Positions 42,203-52,662 of a stretch of DNA of 64,000 nt are shown here, one piece after another (position 1 is the stretch's first letter; every line of letters begins with the position of its first letter). The translations under genes were made by a program, and so were the position numbers. Location of the stretch: the NCBI GenBank assembly GCA_030649895.1, contig JAUSEX010000052.1, positions 16,988 through 80,987 on the forward strand, read 5' to 3'. The notes under the pieces were generated by a model, which searched no databases, had not been told where the DNA came from, and saw only the letters and a list, made by a program, of their open reading frames with translations. Source of the stretch: Candidatus Omnitrophota bacterium (GTDB taxonomy: Bacteria; Omnitrophota; Gorgyraeia; Gorgyraeales; Gorgyraeaceae).

Positions 42203-43101
42203 TTTTTCAGTATAGCGCAGTAATTATACCCTAAATACTTTATAAACCGCTTGTCGCCTAAAAATCTGGCAAGAGGTTCAAATATTTTTGAAATAACAAC
42301 TGTTAGCTTCAAAGACACGGTAAGTAATAGCGGATACGGCGCGAATACGGTAGTAAAAGACCGCTGAATAATAAAACCGGCATTTTGAAATTCCCTATTC
42401 CACCTGCATGGCGTATGGCTTATCATTTCTATAAAAGAATTCCTGTAAGCCCCATGAGGCCCGGGAAACGGGAAATACTTATAATTCTCTTTCAATTTGG
42501 AAAAACTCTGGACAGTTATTTTGCCGACATCATGACAAGCGTTGTTTCGTCTGAATATCCTCTCTTTTACCAGTCCAAAAAATTTCACGGCGAAATAAAG
42601 ATAAAATTGAAAGAACGCGTAAATGCGCTCCATAAAATTAGGGACCACCAATATGACCATGCCCTCCTTTTTGACAACCCTCTTCAGCTCGCTTAACGCC
42701 TGGGCCTTACTCTTAAGATAATGCATGACATATGAAGAAAAGATTATATCAAACGTTTCATTCTTAAACGGCAGGCACTCTATCGAACATGCGGAAATAG
42801 AGATATTAGCCGCGCTCATTTTTGAAACAAGCCTCCTGGCGCTGTCAAGGCCTACGGTATGTGTTTTAGCGTCTTTCGAATACAAATCCGAGGCCACGAC
42901 CCTTTTTGAGATATTGGATATCAAGTAAGATGCGAATCCATTGCCGCAGCCTATATCCAAAACCACGCCCGGTTCATTCAGCCCGGCGTATCTTAAAAGA
43001 TTTCCTACCTCAAGGCCTCTCATAAGATAATAACCGTTCCATGGCTGCTCTCCGGCCGCGGCCTTAATACTTTTACCTACGATTGAATTTATATCAAGCA
43101 T
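42199..43101 (-). CDS. Class I SAM-dependent methyltransferase.
   Basis: VLDIGCGNGFASYLIS (motif I) ... FDIIFSSYVMHYL. Confidence 0.75.
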   Translation of the reverse strand: MLDINSIVGKSIKAAAGEQPWNGYYLMRGLEVGNLLRYAGLNEPGVVLDIGCGNGFASYLISNISKRVVASDLYSKDAKTHTVGLDSARRLVSKMSAANISISACSIECLPFKNETFDIIFSSYVMHYLKSKAQALSELKRVVKKEGMVILVVPNFMERIYAFFQFYLYFAVKFFGLVKERIFRRNNACHDVGKITVQSFSKLKENYKYFPFPGPHGAYRNSFIEMISHTPCRWNREFQNAGFIIQRSFTTVFAPYPLLLTVSLKLTVVISKIFEPLARFLGDKRFIKYLGYNYCAILKK

Positions 43102-43112
43102 GCTTTAAATAC

Positions 43113-44585
43113 CTATTTAATTTTGCAATCCGGGTTATAATACCTGTTAAATCTAAGCAGAATAAATATCTCAAACGGGAAGGCAAAAAATCTATTTTTA
43201 AGCCTGAATTTTGCCAAATTATAAAAAAACTTTTTTCCAAAAGTCCGCAATAATGACGTGCTTTTTGAATGAGTCAGAAGCTTCCCGTATTTATCTATCC
43301 TGTAAAAAAGCTCGCTCGTGTTCTTATCCGCCCACGGCAGCCAGGTAATCGGAATAGACCTTCCAAACGCGTCATAGATCTCATAATCCTCTGTCTTTTG
43401 AGGCAGTTTAAATCCCTCTTTTATGGCAAGCTTATAACCGTCTGTGCCGGGAAAAGGCAGAAATGTCTGATGCGTTACAACTATATCCGGTATTATTCTT
43501 GCCAGTTCTAAGCCAAGATTTATAGTGTCCTTTATCTCCGCAAGTGTTTCCGTAGGATAGCCTAATATAAAAGAACTACCTACCGCTATATTTCTATATT
43601 TTGAAAGAATCTTGAACTTTTCCAATATCATTTTTTTATTTGTATTTTTATTCATAAGAGAAAGTACTCTGTCATTGCCGGATTCCACGCCCGCATAGAC
43701 CTTCCTAACGCCTAACTCATTTATTTTTTTCATGGAATCTTCTGTAATCTCGTCTACTCTGAGTTGAAATTCCGCGCAAGTAATGCCTATTTCTTTTAAC
43801 CTGGAGAGTATTTCAAATGACCTGTTTCTATCTACAAAAAAATGATCGTCTGTAAACGCTATAGCTTCTATGCGGCACGTTTCCTTAATTCGCTGTATAT
43901 CGGAAATAACCCTTTTTATGGAATGCGCCCGCCATCTTCTCTTATTAAAAACTTTATTATAGCAAAAAGAACAATCATGAGGGCATCCTCTTGATGTTAT
44001 GTATATAAAACCTTTTGTGTTTCTGCCAGGAAACTCAATCAAACATTTTTGCATATCCACAAGCGACCAGTCTACCCGAATCTCATCCAGATCTTTAATA
44101 AAATCACGTTCTTTATTGAATATGAGCTTCCCGTCTTTTTTATATCCTATGCCATCTATGAGCTCAAGGGGCTTACCCTGCGATAAGGCATCAGCGAGTT
44201 CCAGCGCAGTTTTCTCACCCTCACCTATGGCTATAATGTCTACATAACTCTCTCTCAGAGTTCCTTCCTGTATAAGCGATGGGTGACATCCACCCCAGAT
44301 TATTAACATTCCCTCATTTAACTCTTTAATCTTCCTTGATAAAATCGCTGAAAATTTTGTCTGCGGCCCTGTCAAAACCGAGAATCCTATAAAAAGATAA
44401 TCCTCCTTCAATATCTCTTTTGCTTTTTCGTCCGCGAATGACCTGTCTTCGAATAACTTCGATGAAATTATCTCTAATTTCACGTCATAACCGTTGTCTT
44501 TTAAATAAGAGCCTATGTAAAGCAGGCCAAGAGGATTATAGACAGATTCATTTTCAATTTTTAATAGAAGTATTTTCTTTTTCAT
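43113..44585 (-). CDS. B12-binding radical SAM protein (class B radical SAM, methyltransferase-like).
   Basis: N-terminal cobalamin-binding-like domain. SRGCPHDCSFCYN is the CxxxCxxC radical SAM cluster motif. Confidence 0.8.
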   Translation of the reverse strand: MKKKILLLKIENESVYNPLGLLYIGSYLKDNGYDVKLEIISSKLFEDRSFADEKAKEILKEDYLFIGFSVLTGPQTKFSAILSRKIKELNEGMLIIWGGCHPSLIQEGTLRESYVDIIAIGEGEKTALELADALSQGKPLELIDGIGYKKDGKLIFNKERDFIKDLDEIRVDWSLVDMQKCLIEFPGRNTKGFIYITSRGCPHDCSFCYNKVFNKRRWRAHSIKRVISDIQRIKETCRIEAIAFTDDHFFVDRNRSFEILSRLKEIGITCAEFQLRVDEITEDSMKKINELGVRKVYAGVESGNDRVLSLMNKNTNKKMILEKFKILSKYRNIAVGSSFILGYPTETLAEIKDTINLGLELARIIPDIVVTHQTFLPFPGTDGYKLAIKEGFKLPQKTEDYEIYDAFGRSIPITWLPWADKNTSELFYRIDKYGKLLTHSKSTSLLRTFGKKFFYNLAKFRLKNRFFAFPFEIFILLRFNRYYNPDCKIK

Positions 44586-46426
44586 ATATACCCCTTAAAC
44601 CAATAATACGCTATGCCGAGATATTCATGGGTAATAGCTTTTATCTGTTCCATCCTTGCCCCTTCTTTATTGTCATAAAACTGGCTATATTCAACAGGCG
44701 TATAAATAACATCCAAACCTCTGTCCCATTTATTAAACACCAAAGCTGCGCGGCGCATGTTATATGGCGAAGAAACCAGCAATACGGAACGCCAGTTATT
44801 CCTGTCCAATATTTCCTTTGAAAATATTACGTTCTCGTAAGCGCTGTTTGCCTTTTGTTCCAAAATAATATTCCTTTCCGGGATGCCCATGGAAACCGCG
44901 AAAAGTTTCATATTTTCAGCGTCATTATAGTTATAGATATACCCGGACGAGAATATTATCTTATCCGCATATCCTCCTTTGTACAGCTTGACGGCATACC
45001 TTGCCCTCTCGATAGTACTCTTGCCCGGGCTGCCTGTCTCGCCTACGCCTCCGCCAAAAACCAGGATAGCATCCGCTTTTCTTGGGGCATCGGCTATCCT
45101 CAGGGGATCAGCCAAGAACCATAAAAGAGGGGTTTTAAACAACACTACATAAATAAGGAAGCATACCGCTACAGCGCAAAACAGTTTTCTCCTGGCGATT
45201 CTATAGAAATTCACGAGGTTTTCCTTCCACATCGCTTCCGCATCTATTCTTTTTCTTTTAATTTCACGCTCGATTAAGTCACTCATTTTCTCAATGCGTT
45301 TTTCCCAGTTATTTTGCCTGGCTATATCAATCCTTTTATTCTTCAGCACAGGCTCTTCTTCTCTTAGGGCCTTGTCAACGCATGATATGAATTCCTTCTC
45401 ATCCCCGGCTGTATAAATAGCGCCTTTGTTTTCGGCACAAAATAGCCGGATTTCCGGCAAATCCGTTGAAATGACAGGCTTGCCCATCGCAAGATACTCG
45501 TTTAATTTTGTAGGGTAGACATTTATCGTATAATCATTGATAAGGTACGGGATAATACACGCGTCAAAATATTTTATAAAAAGAGGCACCTCTTCATGTT
45601 TCTTCTTGCCTAAAAAATAAACATTCTTAAGGCCTAATATCAAAGATATATCTGTCTGCACTGGCCCTATAAAAACAAAAGAATAATCCGAATAGATATT
45701 CGCTGTTTTCTTTATCAAGGGCAGATCGATACACTTGTGCACCCCTCCCACATACCCTATTACAGGGTGTTTAATATTTTTTAACTCTTCCGGCATAGTA
45801 GTATTTTTATCCCTCAGCCCTTCGAACTTTTTGAAATTCACGGCGAACGGAAAATTATACACCTGTTTATTGTACCTGGCGCTATGATTGTATAACTCTT
45901 TCGAGGTTACAAAGACCATGTCCGCTTTTTTTAATAATTTCTCTTCTGATTTCCTTATATTCCTTGCCGATGAGGAAGTAGCCGCGAAGTTATCAATGCA
46001 ATAATAGACCATGATCTTTTTGAGTAAATTATCCGTTATATCCAGACTTAAAGGCGTCGGCAAAAATGTCCATACAACAGGGTCCACAAAATCCATTACC
46101 TTCATCCATTTATCTAAAACAGATGATATCAAAAAATAGTTTACCCATCTCGCGATACGGGAATAAGGAAAAGGCAGTACTATGGGAGAGAATATATAAA
46201 GGTTTTCGGCTTCTTTTCTTATCCCTTTGACTCCCCTGATCCAGTTCCTGATCCTGCTCTTGATGCGCGAGATGTCTCTCATGCCCGGAGCCCTGACTCC
46301 TGTATTCTCTATAAAAAGCACCCTGTTGCCGTTTTCTGCCAAAACGCTCATTATCTCCTGATGGCCCTGCCATATAAAGTCCCAATCGATGCTGGATATG
46401 CAGATTATATTTTCGCCTTTAAGCAT
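44582..46426 (-). CDS. Fusion protein: GT-B glycosyltransferase domain plus a C-terminal DUF218 (YdcF/ElyC/SanA-like) domain, with a TM segment between them.
   Basis: GT4-like C-terminal segment ...IIPYLINDYTINVYPTKLNEYLAMGKPVISTDL. TM LFCAVAVCFLIYVVLF. DUF218 ADAILVFGGGVGETGSPGKSTIERARYAVKLYKGGYADKIIFSSG...LLVSSPYNMRRA. Confidence 0.7.
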   Translation of the reverse strand: MLKGENIICISSIDWDFIWQGHQEIMSVLAENGNRVLFIENTGVRAPGMRDISRIKSRIRNWIRGVKGIRKEAENLYIFSPIVLPFPYSRIARWVNYFLISSVLDKWMKVMDFVDPVVWTFLPTPLSLDITDNLLKKIMVYYCIDNFAATSSSARNIRKSEEKLLKKADMVFVTSKELYNHSARYNKQVYNFPFAVNFKKFEGLRDKNTTMPEELKNIKHPVIGYVGGVHKCIDLPLIKKTANIYSDYSFVFIGPVQTDISLILGLKNVYFLGKKKHEEVPLFIKYFDACIIPYLINDYTINVYPTKLNEYLAMGKPVISTDLPEIRLFCAENKGAIYTAGDEKEFISCVDKALREEEPVLKNKRIDIARQNNWEKRIEKMSDLIEREIKRKRIDAEAMWKENLVNFYRIARRKLFCAVAVCFLIYVVLFKTPLLWFLADPLRIADAPRKADAILVFGGGVGETGSPGKSTIERARYAVKLYKGGYADKIIFSSGYIYNYNDAENMKLFAVSMGIPERNIILEQKANSAYENVIFSKEILDRNNWRSVLLVSSPYNMRRAALVFNKWDRGLDVIYTPVEYSQFYDNKEGARMEQIKAITHEYLGIAYYWFKGYI

Positions 46427-48314
46427 CTATAAATCTCCTATGCCATAATTCCAGCATTAACAATCCCCACAAATGCTGTCCGTAGTTTTCTTTACCTTCC
46501 ATATGAAGATGTGCGATTCTATTTAATTTATCCGGATTAAAATACCCGCGATCAAACGCCCTGTCGGATAAAATAATATCGACAAGATAATCCTTGAGGC
46601 AGCCCCTGAACCACTCATCTACTGGCACAGCAAAACCTTTTTTCGGCCTTTTCAATATCCTGTCAGACACTAAGCCGTTTAGCGACTTCTTAAATATATA
46701 TTTCAAAGAATTATTGCGAACCTTAAATTTTGACGCAAGCGAGGCTGAAAACTCTACAAGACGGTGATCCAGCAGCGGAGACCGTGTTTCCAGCGAATTA
46801 GCCATGCTAGCTATATCCATCTTCACCACCAAATCATTTTGCAAGCCGAACATGGTATCTACATATAGCGCCGCATCTATAGCGTCTAATCCCTCTGCCT
46901 TTAAAAATAAATCTTTCAATAAAATATTGGAATCAAAGTCGTTGGTTTTATTATTAAAATCCTTAGTATATATTTCCCGTTTAAAATCCTCTGAAAAAAA
47001 ACCGATCCAGCGCATATAGCGGCAGGGCCTGTCAAGCTTTGCCGCATCTAAAAAACGGCGTATGTTACAAGTAGAATTTGGACCGGAAGGTTTATCCGGA
47101 AAAATATTCACCAACATTCTCATTGGGGACCTATTTATAAAATTAGCTAGGGGCATAAAATTTTCAGCCAGATAGTTTGCCCAATATCTTCTGTAGCCTC
47201 CAAAAACCTCATCGCCGCCATCTCCATTTAATGCCACCTTAACACTCTGGCCGGCTAACTTACATATATAATAAGTAGGCAAAGCTGAAGAATCGCCAAA
47301 TGGTTCGCCATAATGCTCAACCAATTTAGGCAAAACCTCGATATCATTTGCCTCTACGTAATCCTGAGTGTGGTTAGTAGCAAAATCACGGGCCGTTAAA
47401 CCCGCATACGGCAACTCATTAAATTCATCTTCTTTAAATCCGGCGGAAAACGTCCTGACGCCTTTTCCTTTTAATCGGCTCGCGAACGCTGTTACGCAGG
47501 CCGAATCAATGCCTCCGCTTAAAAGAACGCCTAAAGGGACATCGCTAGTCAGCCTTATTTTTACAGCATCTTCCAAAAGCGCGTTTAACTGCGTGACAGC
47601 TTCATCTTCGGTTATCTTAATCTTTTTAAAAAAATCCGGCTCCCAGTATTTTTTTAACTCCAGTTTTCCGTTTTGACAGACAATTATCGAAGCAGGCGGA
47701 AGCTTTTTTATATTACGAAAAGCTGTCAATGGAGCCGGTATACATAAATAAGTAAGATAATGATGCAGCGCCTGGAAATCTATATCTCTATTAATATCAG
47801 GATGCTTAAGCAATGCCTTGAATTCTGAGGCAAATACTATCTTATTATTTGCCCAGGAATATAACAGGGGCTTCTTCCCTATCCTGTCACGGCCTAAGAT
47901 TAATTTCTGCCTATTTTCATCCCATATGGCAAAGGCAAACATCCCCCAAAGATCTCTAATCGCATCCTCGCCTTTATCTTCGTAAAGATGTAATACAACC
48001 TCAACGTCGGTATACGATTTAAACCTATGGCCTTTTTTTTCTAATGCTGCCCGCAACGCCTGAAAATTATAAATTTCGCCACTCAGCGTAATCCAGATCT
48101 TCCCATCTTCATTGCTCATAGGCTGGTGTCCGGCTTCTGATAAATCAATAATACTCAATCTACGATGCCCTAGCCCAGCCTTGACCTTTGACCCTGATAG
48201 ATATATTCCTTCGTTATCAGGGCCGCGGTGAGACATAGTATCGCACATTGCCTTAAGCTGCAATTTTTTGACTTCGTTTCCTGAAAAATCTACAATACCT
48301 GCTATTCCACACAT
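46419..48314 (-). CDS. asnB: Asparagine synthetase B-like glutamine amidotransferase, copy 2 (no repeat insertion).
   Basis: MCGIAGIVDF...RGPDNEGIYLSGSKVKAGLGHRRLSIIDL ... SGGIDSA. Confidence 0.9.
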   Translation of the reverse strand: MCGIAGIVDFSGNEVKKLQLKAMCDTMSHRGPDNEGIYLSGSKVKAGLGHRRLSIIDLSEAGHQPMSNEDGKIWITLSGEIYNFQALRAALEKKGHRFKSYTDVEVVLHLYEDKGEDAIRDLWGMFAFAIWDENRQKLILGRDRIGKKPLLYSWANNKIVFASEFKALLKHPDINRDIDFQALHHYLTYLCIPAPLTAFRNIKKLPPASIIVCQNGKLELKKYWEPDFFKKIKITEDEAVTQLNALLEDAVKIRLTSDVPLGVLLSGGIDSACVTAFASRLKGKGVRTFSAGFKEDEFNELPYAGLTARDFATNHTQDYVEANDIEVLPKLVEHYGEPFGDSSALPTYYICKLAGQSVKVALNGDGGDEVFGGYRRYWANYLAENFMPLANFINRSPMRMLVNIFPDKPSGPNSTCNIRRFLDAAKLDRPCRYMRWIGFFSEDFKREIYTKDFNNKTNDFDSNILLKDLFLKAEGLDAIDAALYVDTMFGLQNDLVVKMDIASMANSLETRSPLLDHRLVEFSASLASKFKVRNNSLKYIFKKSLNGLVSDRILKRPKKGFAVPVDEWFRGCLKDYLVDIILSDRAFDRGYFNPDKLNRIAHLHMEGKENYGQHLWGLLMLELWHRRFIDA

Positions 48315-48320
48315 AATAGT

Positions 48321-49298
48321 TTATCCTAAGATAGCTTTGCCCCTAGCCACAATTGCCGGCGAAGTTGTTATTATATCCGATAAACCAGCCTCCGTCAACC
48401 AACCCCTTATTTGCCATGGGCTATACTCATAAAGATATTTTGGAGAAAGCAGGTCAAATGTATCCAAAATACTCCACTCCAGAAGCTGACTTTCGATTAA
48501 AGGCAGTTTGCCCTTATAGTCGCACACAGGAATAACCCACCCTTTTAAAGAACGGCCTATTACCGGAACCCTAACTAAAGGCAAAACTTTTGGCACAACG
48601 CTCTCTATAATATTTAATAACCTTTCTTTTCGCATTCGCGTAGTAAAAATTCTGGCAATACTCGTAGCCTTTGGTAAAAATGGAAAACGCGACTTAGGCG
48701 ACATCCAGATAGCTATGGCCCCTTTGTCGCGCAAAAGCTGCGCAATGCGTAAAAAAGCAGCCTTAGGATCAGGCGTATGGTGCAACACACCTATGCTATA
48801 AATCAGATCGAAACTTTTAAGCGGTAAAGGCAGGTTGTATATATCCGCCTGTATCAAATGAACATTTGGAAACTTGCGCAAATTCACCATAGCGGCATCA
48901 ACAGAAAAACTTAAATCAATACCTATTACCTGATCAGCAGTTTTAGAAGCTGCCTCTAAAAACCGGCCCATACCGCAACCCGCTTCTAAAACAAATTTGC
49001 CCTTTAACTGCTCCGGCCCAAAACCAGTTACTTCTCTGAATCTAACTTGCGAAATCTCTGTCCGATTAAAAGAATCCAGCTGCGTCTTATTAAATCGATT
49101 CCATTCAAAGCTAAAATTTTCTACATAGCCGTCATTGGCTACAAAACGCGGGATACCATTGGTAACAGGATATTCCCTGCCGCAACCACAAACCAATTTC
49201 GCATATTCAATTTCGCCATTTATATATTCTGCATTATAAAGCTTTAATTTCGCTTTGCAGGATGGACAAATTAACAGCTCACTTAAAAAATCTTTCAT
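48321..49298 (-). CDS. Class I SAM-dependent methyltransferase with an N-terminal Trm112-like zinc ribbon.
   Basis: LICPSCKAKLKL...CGCGREYPVTNGIPRF. VLEAGCGMGRF (motif I). Confidence 0.75.
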   Translation of the reverse strand: MKDFLSELLICPSCKAKLKLYNAEYINGEIEYAKLVCGCGREYPVTNGIPRFVANDGYVENFSFEWNRFNKTQLDSFNRTEISQVRFREVTGFGPEQLKGKFVLEAGCGMGRFLEAASKTADQVIGIDLSFSVDAAMVNLRKFPNVHLIQADIYNLPLPLKSFDLIYSIGVLHHTPDPKAAFLRIAQLLRDKGAIAIWMSPKSRFPFLPKATSIARIFTTRMRKERLLNIIESVVPKVLPLVRVPVIGRSLKGWVIPVCDYKGKLPLIESQLLEWSILDTFDLLSPKYLYEYSPWQIRGWLTEAGLSDIITTSPAIVARGKAILG

Positions 49299-49301
49299 AT
49301 C

Positions 49302-50501
49302 TTATAGCCTTTTTTTAACTGGTAAGAGCTCTTCGTAAGCATCTAGATATCTCCTAGATAACTTCTCCAAGGAAAATTTATCGCTTATTTCAGCGCTTGC
49401 CCTGATTCCGATTTGCCTGCAATAAGCATCTTGTTTAAGAAGCCGGGTTAGTTTATCAGTAAGGGCTTTGGCATTGCCTGACTCAAAAAGAAGCCCGTTT
49501 TCTCCATCATTAATAAGATAATCAGTCACGCCTTTTAGGTACGCAGCTATACAAGCCAAACCGCAAGACATGGCCTCAAGCAGCGCATTAGGCAGGCCCT
49601 CCCTGCGTGAAGGCAAAACAAATATATCTGCCGCCTGATAACATTTCTCAATATCTAAAATTTTCTCAATAAATTTAACCGATTCTTTATTTTCTAAACC
49701 GGATGATCGGAATTTCATACCTTTTACTAAATTTTCTGAGATTTCATAATAACCGGTAGATGTTGCGCCGACAAACAGCAGTTGTGTTTTTTCCCTTATC
49801 TCGGGATCCATGTCTAACCAACTATTTAACAATAAATCAGGCGCTTTATCATAGGAAAAAAATCCTACAAAAAGAATTAACTTTGTATCCGATTTTAACC
49901 CTAACTCTTTTCGAAGCTCTATCTTTCTGGCATTATCGTTTAAAGGATAAAAACGTCTTGTATTTACACCGTTTGGAATAAAATATAGCCTTTTATGCCG
50001 CAGGCAAGAGCCCAGAAATCTATCTGTTAACCCAGGACTAACACTGACAAAACCATCAGCGCGGGAAAAGAAAAATAATTTAATCTTGCCCCACCGCTGC
50101 ATACTAATAGCCAAAGGATCATCGCATCCGACAGATGTTAATTTCTGAAGGATTCTCTTGCGGAATAATTTTGCCAGCAATATAATCGGTATGTTCTTTT
50201 GCGTAAAACCATTCAATTGAATTATATCAATCCGTGACTGAATTTTTAAAAAATCTAATAACAAATTAAAAAACGCGCGAAATTTAGAAATAAAACTTCT
50301 CGGATCAAGATATATCCGGAAAACCTCTATGCCGTCTATGCGCCCCCTGCGCAAAGATTTTCTAATAGCGGAAGTGGTAATAACGTAAGGGCGTATATTT
50401 TCTCTCAATGCTTCAATTAAGGTTTTACACTGAAGCCCGCCACCGCTGACTTCCGGGAAAAAGGCTCCAGTTACCATACAAACACCTGGATTTTTTTTCA
50501 T
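49302..50501 (-). CDS. Glycosyltransferase family 4.
   Basis: ...ADIFVLPSRREGLPNALLEAMSCGLACIAAYLKGVTDYL... Confidence 0.85.
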   Translation of the reverse strand: MKKNPGVCMVTGAFFPEVSGGGLQCKTLIEALRENIRPYVITTSAIRKSLRRGRIDGIEVFRIYLDPRSFISKFRAFFNLLLDFLKIQSRIDIIQLNGFTQKNIPIILLAKLFRKRILQKLTSVGCDDPLAISMQRWGKIKLFFFSRADGFVSVSPGLTDRFLGSCLRHKRLYFIPNGVNTRRFYPLNDNARKIELRKELGLKSDTKLILFVGFFSYDKAPDLLLNSWLDMDPEIREKTQLLFVGATSTGYYEISENLVKGMKFRSSGLENKESVKFIEKILDIEKCYQAADIFVLPSRREGLPNALLEAMSCGLACIAAYLKGVTDYLINDGENGLLFESGNAKALTDKLTRLLKQDAYCRQIGIRASAEISDKFSLEKLSRRYLDAYEELLPVKKRL

Positions 50502-50504
50502 AAA

Positions 50505-51632
50505 TCAAACACTTGTAAATTTACGCTTAAGGCGCCCTAAAAATGCGACCTTGGCTAATTTTTGGCGCTGTTGCCTGTAAAGACGCCGTAGCTGCGAAGA
50601 TGCTGATTTTTTAAAAAACAATATTGTATGCAAATTTATTACTTTGTCTGCCCAGGAAAATTTATAACTTTCAGCTCCCAGCAATAGATCAAATTCATCA
50701 ATGCCGCGCCCATACGAATTCTTAATCAAATTTACCAAAAGAAGCTTACCGGGTGAAAACGCGCTTAATGCAGGATTGAAAGCCGGCGCATAATAATAGT
50801 AACGGTTGTCGTAAGTAAAGCCAAGATGCATGGCTGCAATTTTCTGGCCAACCTTTAAACATGAAAGCTCTATCCTGCCTGAGCCAGACAAATCTTTAGC
50901 AAGAGCAACATATCTTGCCTTTGCGTTATCCTCATTAAATTGGCTCTTAAACCCTTTTTCTATTGATCTATGCTGATGAAATTCAAAAAATTTAGGAATA
51001 GCTGACTTAATTTGATCATAACTGACAAGGGTTTCTAGCGACACCTTTCCAAAATTTCTGAGTCTCTTCTCTTGCCATCTTAAATTGTTTTTTAGTTTTT
51101 TACTCAATTTTTTTTGAAAATATTCTTCCCATGTTGAATATTGCTTAAGATCCAAAATAACTGAGACGCCCCGCTTTTCTTTGACGTTTATCCATTGATA
51201 ACCCTGGCAATTAAACCACTGCATGTGATTTGGAGAATTTTCAGGGATATTGATAAATTCCGCCCAATCCCATGTGTGCGAATACCTGTTGATTTCATCA
51301 AAAATCATGGTAAAGCATTCATCTGCCTTCTTTACAATCAAAAAATCCATATAATCGGAAACACCGGTTGCTATAAACTGCAATTTTCTATTCTTTGTAA
51401 AATTACCAAACCTGCTATTTTTAATCATTATAGGAGCTGCGGCAATCAATTTTCCGCTGTCCCTAATTAATATTACAAATAACTTATGGCCCTGACCGAA
51501 ATATTCCCACCAGGTTGCAAGCCATTCAAAAGTCAAATAAAATGTATTAAAAGAACTTTCTTCCAGGGCTTCGTTCCATTCTTTCTTTAAGGCTTTAAAT
51601 TTTTCAAAATTATCAACTATTTTAACTTCCAT
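50505..51632 (-). CDS. GNAT / FemAB-like (BioF2-like) acyltransferase.
   Basis: 375 aa with an Acetyltransf_6-like C-terminal half (...IAAMHLGFTYDNRYYYYAPAFNP...GKLLLVNLIKNSYGRGIDEFDLLLG). Confidence 0.5.
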   Translation of the reverse strand: MEVKIVDNFEKFKALKKEWNEALEESSFNTFYLTFEWLATWWEYFGQGHKLFVILIRDSGKLIAAAPIMIKNSRFGNFTKNRKLQFIATGVSDYMDFLIVKKADECFTMIFDEINRYSHTWDWAEFINIPENSPNHMQWFNCQGYQWINVKEKRGVSVILDLKQYSTWEEYFQKKLSKKLKNNLRWQEKRLRNFGKVSLETLVSYDQIKSAIPKFFEFHQHRSIEKGFKSQFNEDNAKARYVALAKDLSGSGRIELSCLKVGQKIAAMHLGFTYDNRYYYYAPAFNPALSAFSPGKLLLVNLIKNSYGRGIDEFDLLLGAESYKFSWADKVINLHTILFFKKSASSQLRRLYRQQRQKLAKVAFLGRLKRKFTSV

Positions 51633-52662
51633 AATTACTCCAAAGCGGAATAGTCACAATTTGTCCGTAGAATTCCGGATATCCTTTAAGGCATGCCGGC
51701 AAAACCGGCCATGGATAGCATTCGATCCTGTTTAGCAACATGCGCCTGCAAAAACCATCAGGATCAGCTGTCCTGACAGGAAAGACATATGGGACTATGC
51801 CCTCAGTTAGCTTTGTAAAAACAGGCTCTCCTTCAGGCAAATGTTTAAGCCAGTAGTTAAAACCATTTCTGCGCCTTGCGGCTACATTTTGAATCTTAAC
51901 ACGCCTCATTAATAGCTTAGTCAACCCCGACTGCTTCACAAGATACTCTTTAATACTATACTCTTCTTTGCTATTTTCTTTTGCAGGTATAAAACGCTTT
52001 ATTCCAAAAAGCCTCTTTAAGGCATTGCGCAGATCAATCCCTGTAAAAAACGCAAGATACTGATTTACCTGCCTTAAAGAATAAAGAAAATCGCATGATT
52101 TACTAAGATTTAAATCAGTATTATCAAGGTTTAATTTATCATTATTTATTACCAATGCAGCGCCGTTAGGAGTGCCCAGCATCTTACGCATGCTAAAAAT
52201 AGAAATATCCCCGGATGTCCCGAGAGGCTGATTGCCATCCGAGCTTAAGAAACCATGCGCATTGTCTTCTATAAAAAATAAATTATGTTTCTGACATATC
52301 TTCTTTATTTCTTCGCTGCAAGTCGAAAACCCGAAATAATTAACCGCCAAGACAGCCCTGGTATTCTTATCTATTCCAGCCTCGATTTGCTCTAAACGAG
52401 GATTAAGCTGCGTATCGACTTGGAAATATTTTATTTCAATGTCAAGATGATTAAACGGCGCTAAAACAACATTACAAATATAAGACGGCAAAAGGACATT
52501 TTCGCCTTTTTTAATATTTAAAACTTTCAAAGCCTGCAGTAATGCCGTTCTTCCATATGCAAAAAATAAAGTTTTTTCTTTAGCAAAAGGACAGGACATA
52601 CTATTGGCCGCTAAAGAAAAATCTTTAACATTTAAAATAGGTTCCCAATTAATTAATCGCAT
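51622..52662 (-). CDS. DegT/DnrJ/EryC1/StrS-family PLP-dependent aminotransferase (divergent).
   Basis: FFIEDNAHGF ... ISIFSMRKMLGTPNG (PLP-Lys context). Confidence 0.65.
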   Translation of the reverse strand: MRLINWEPILNVKDFSLAANSMSCPFAKEKTLFFAYGRTALLQALKVLNIKKGENVLLPSYICNVVLAPFNHLDIEIKYFQVDTQLNPRLEQIEAGIDKNTRAVLAVNYFGFSTCSEEIKKICQKHNLFFIEDNAHGFLSSDGNQPLGTSGDISIFSMRKMLGTPNGAALVINNDKLNLDNTDLNLSKSCDFLYSLRQVNQYLAFFTGIDLRNALKRLFGIKRFIPAKENSKEEYSIKEYLVKQSGLTKLLMRRVKIQNVAARRRNGFNYWLKHLPEGEPVFTKLTEGIVPYVFPVRTADPDGFCRRMLLNRIECYPWPVLPACLKGYPEFYGQIVTIPLWSNYGS

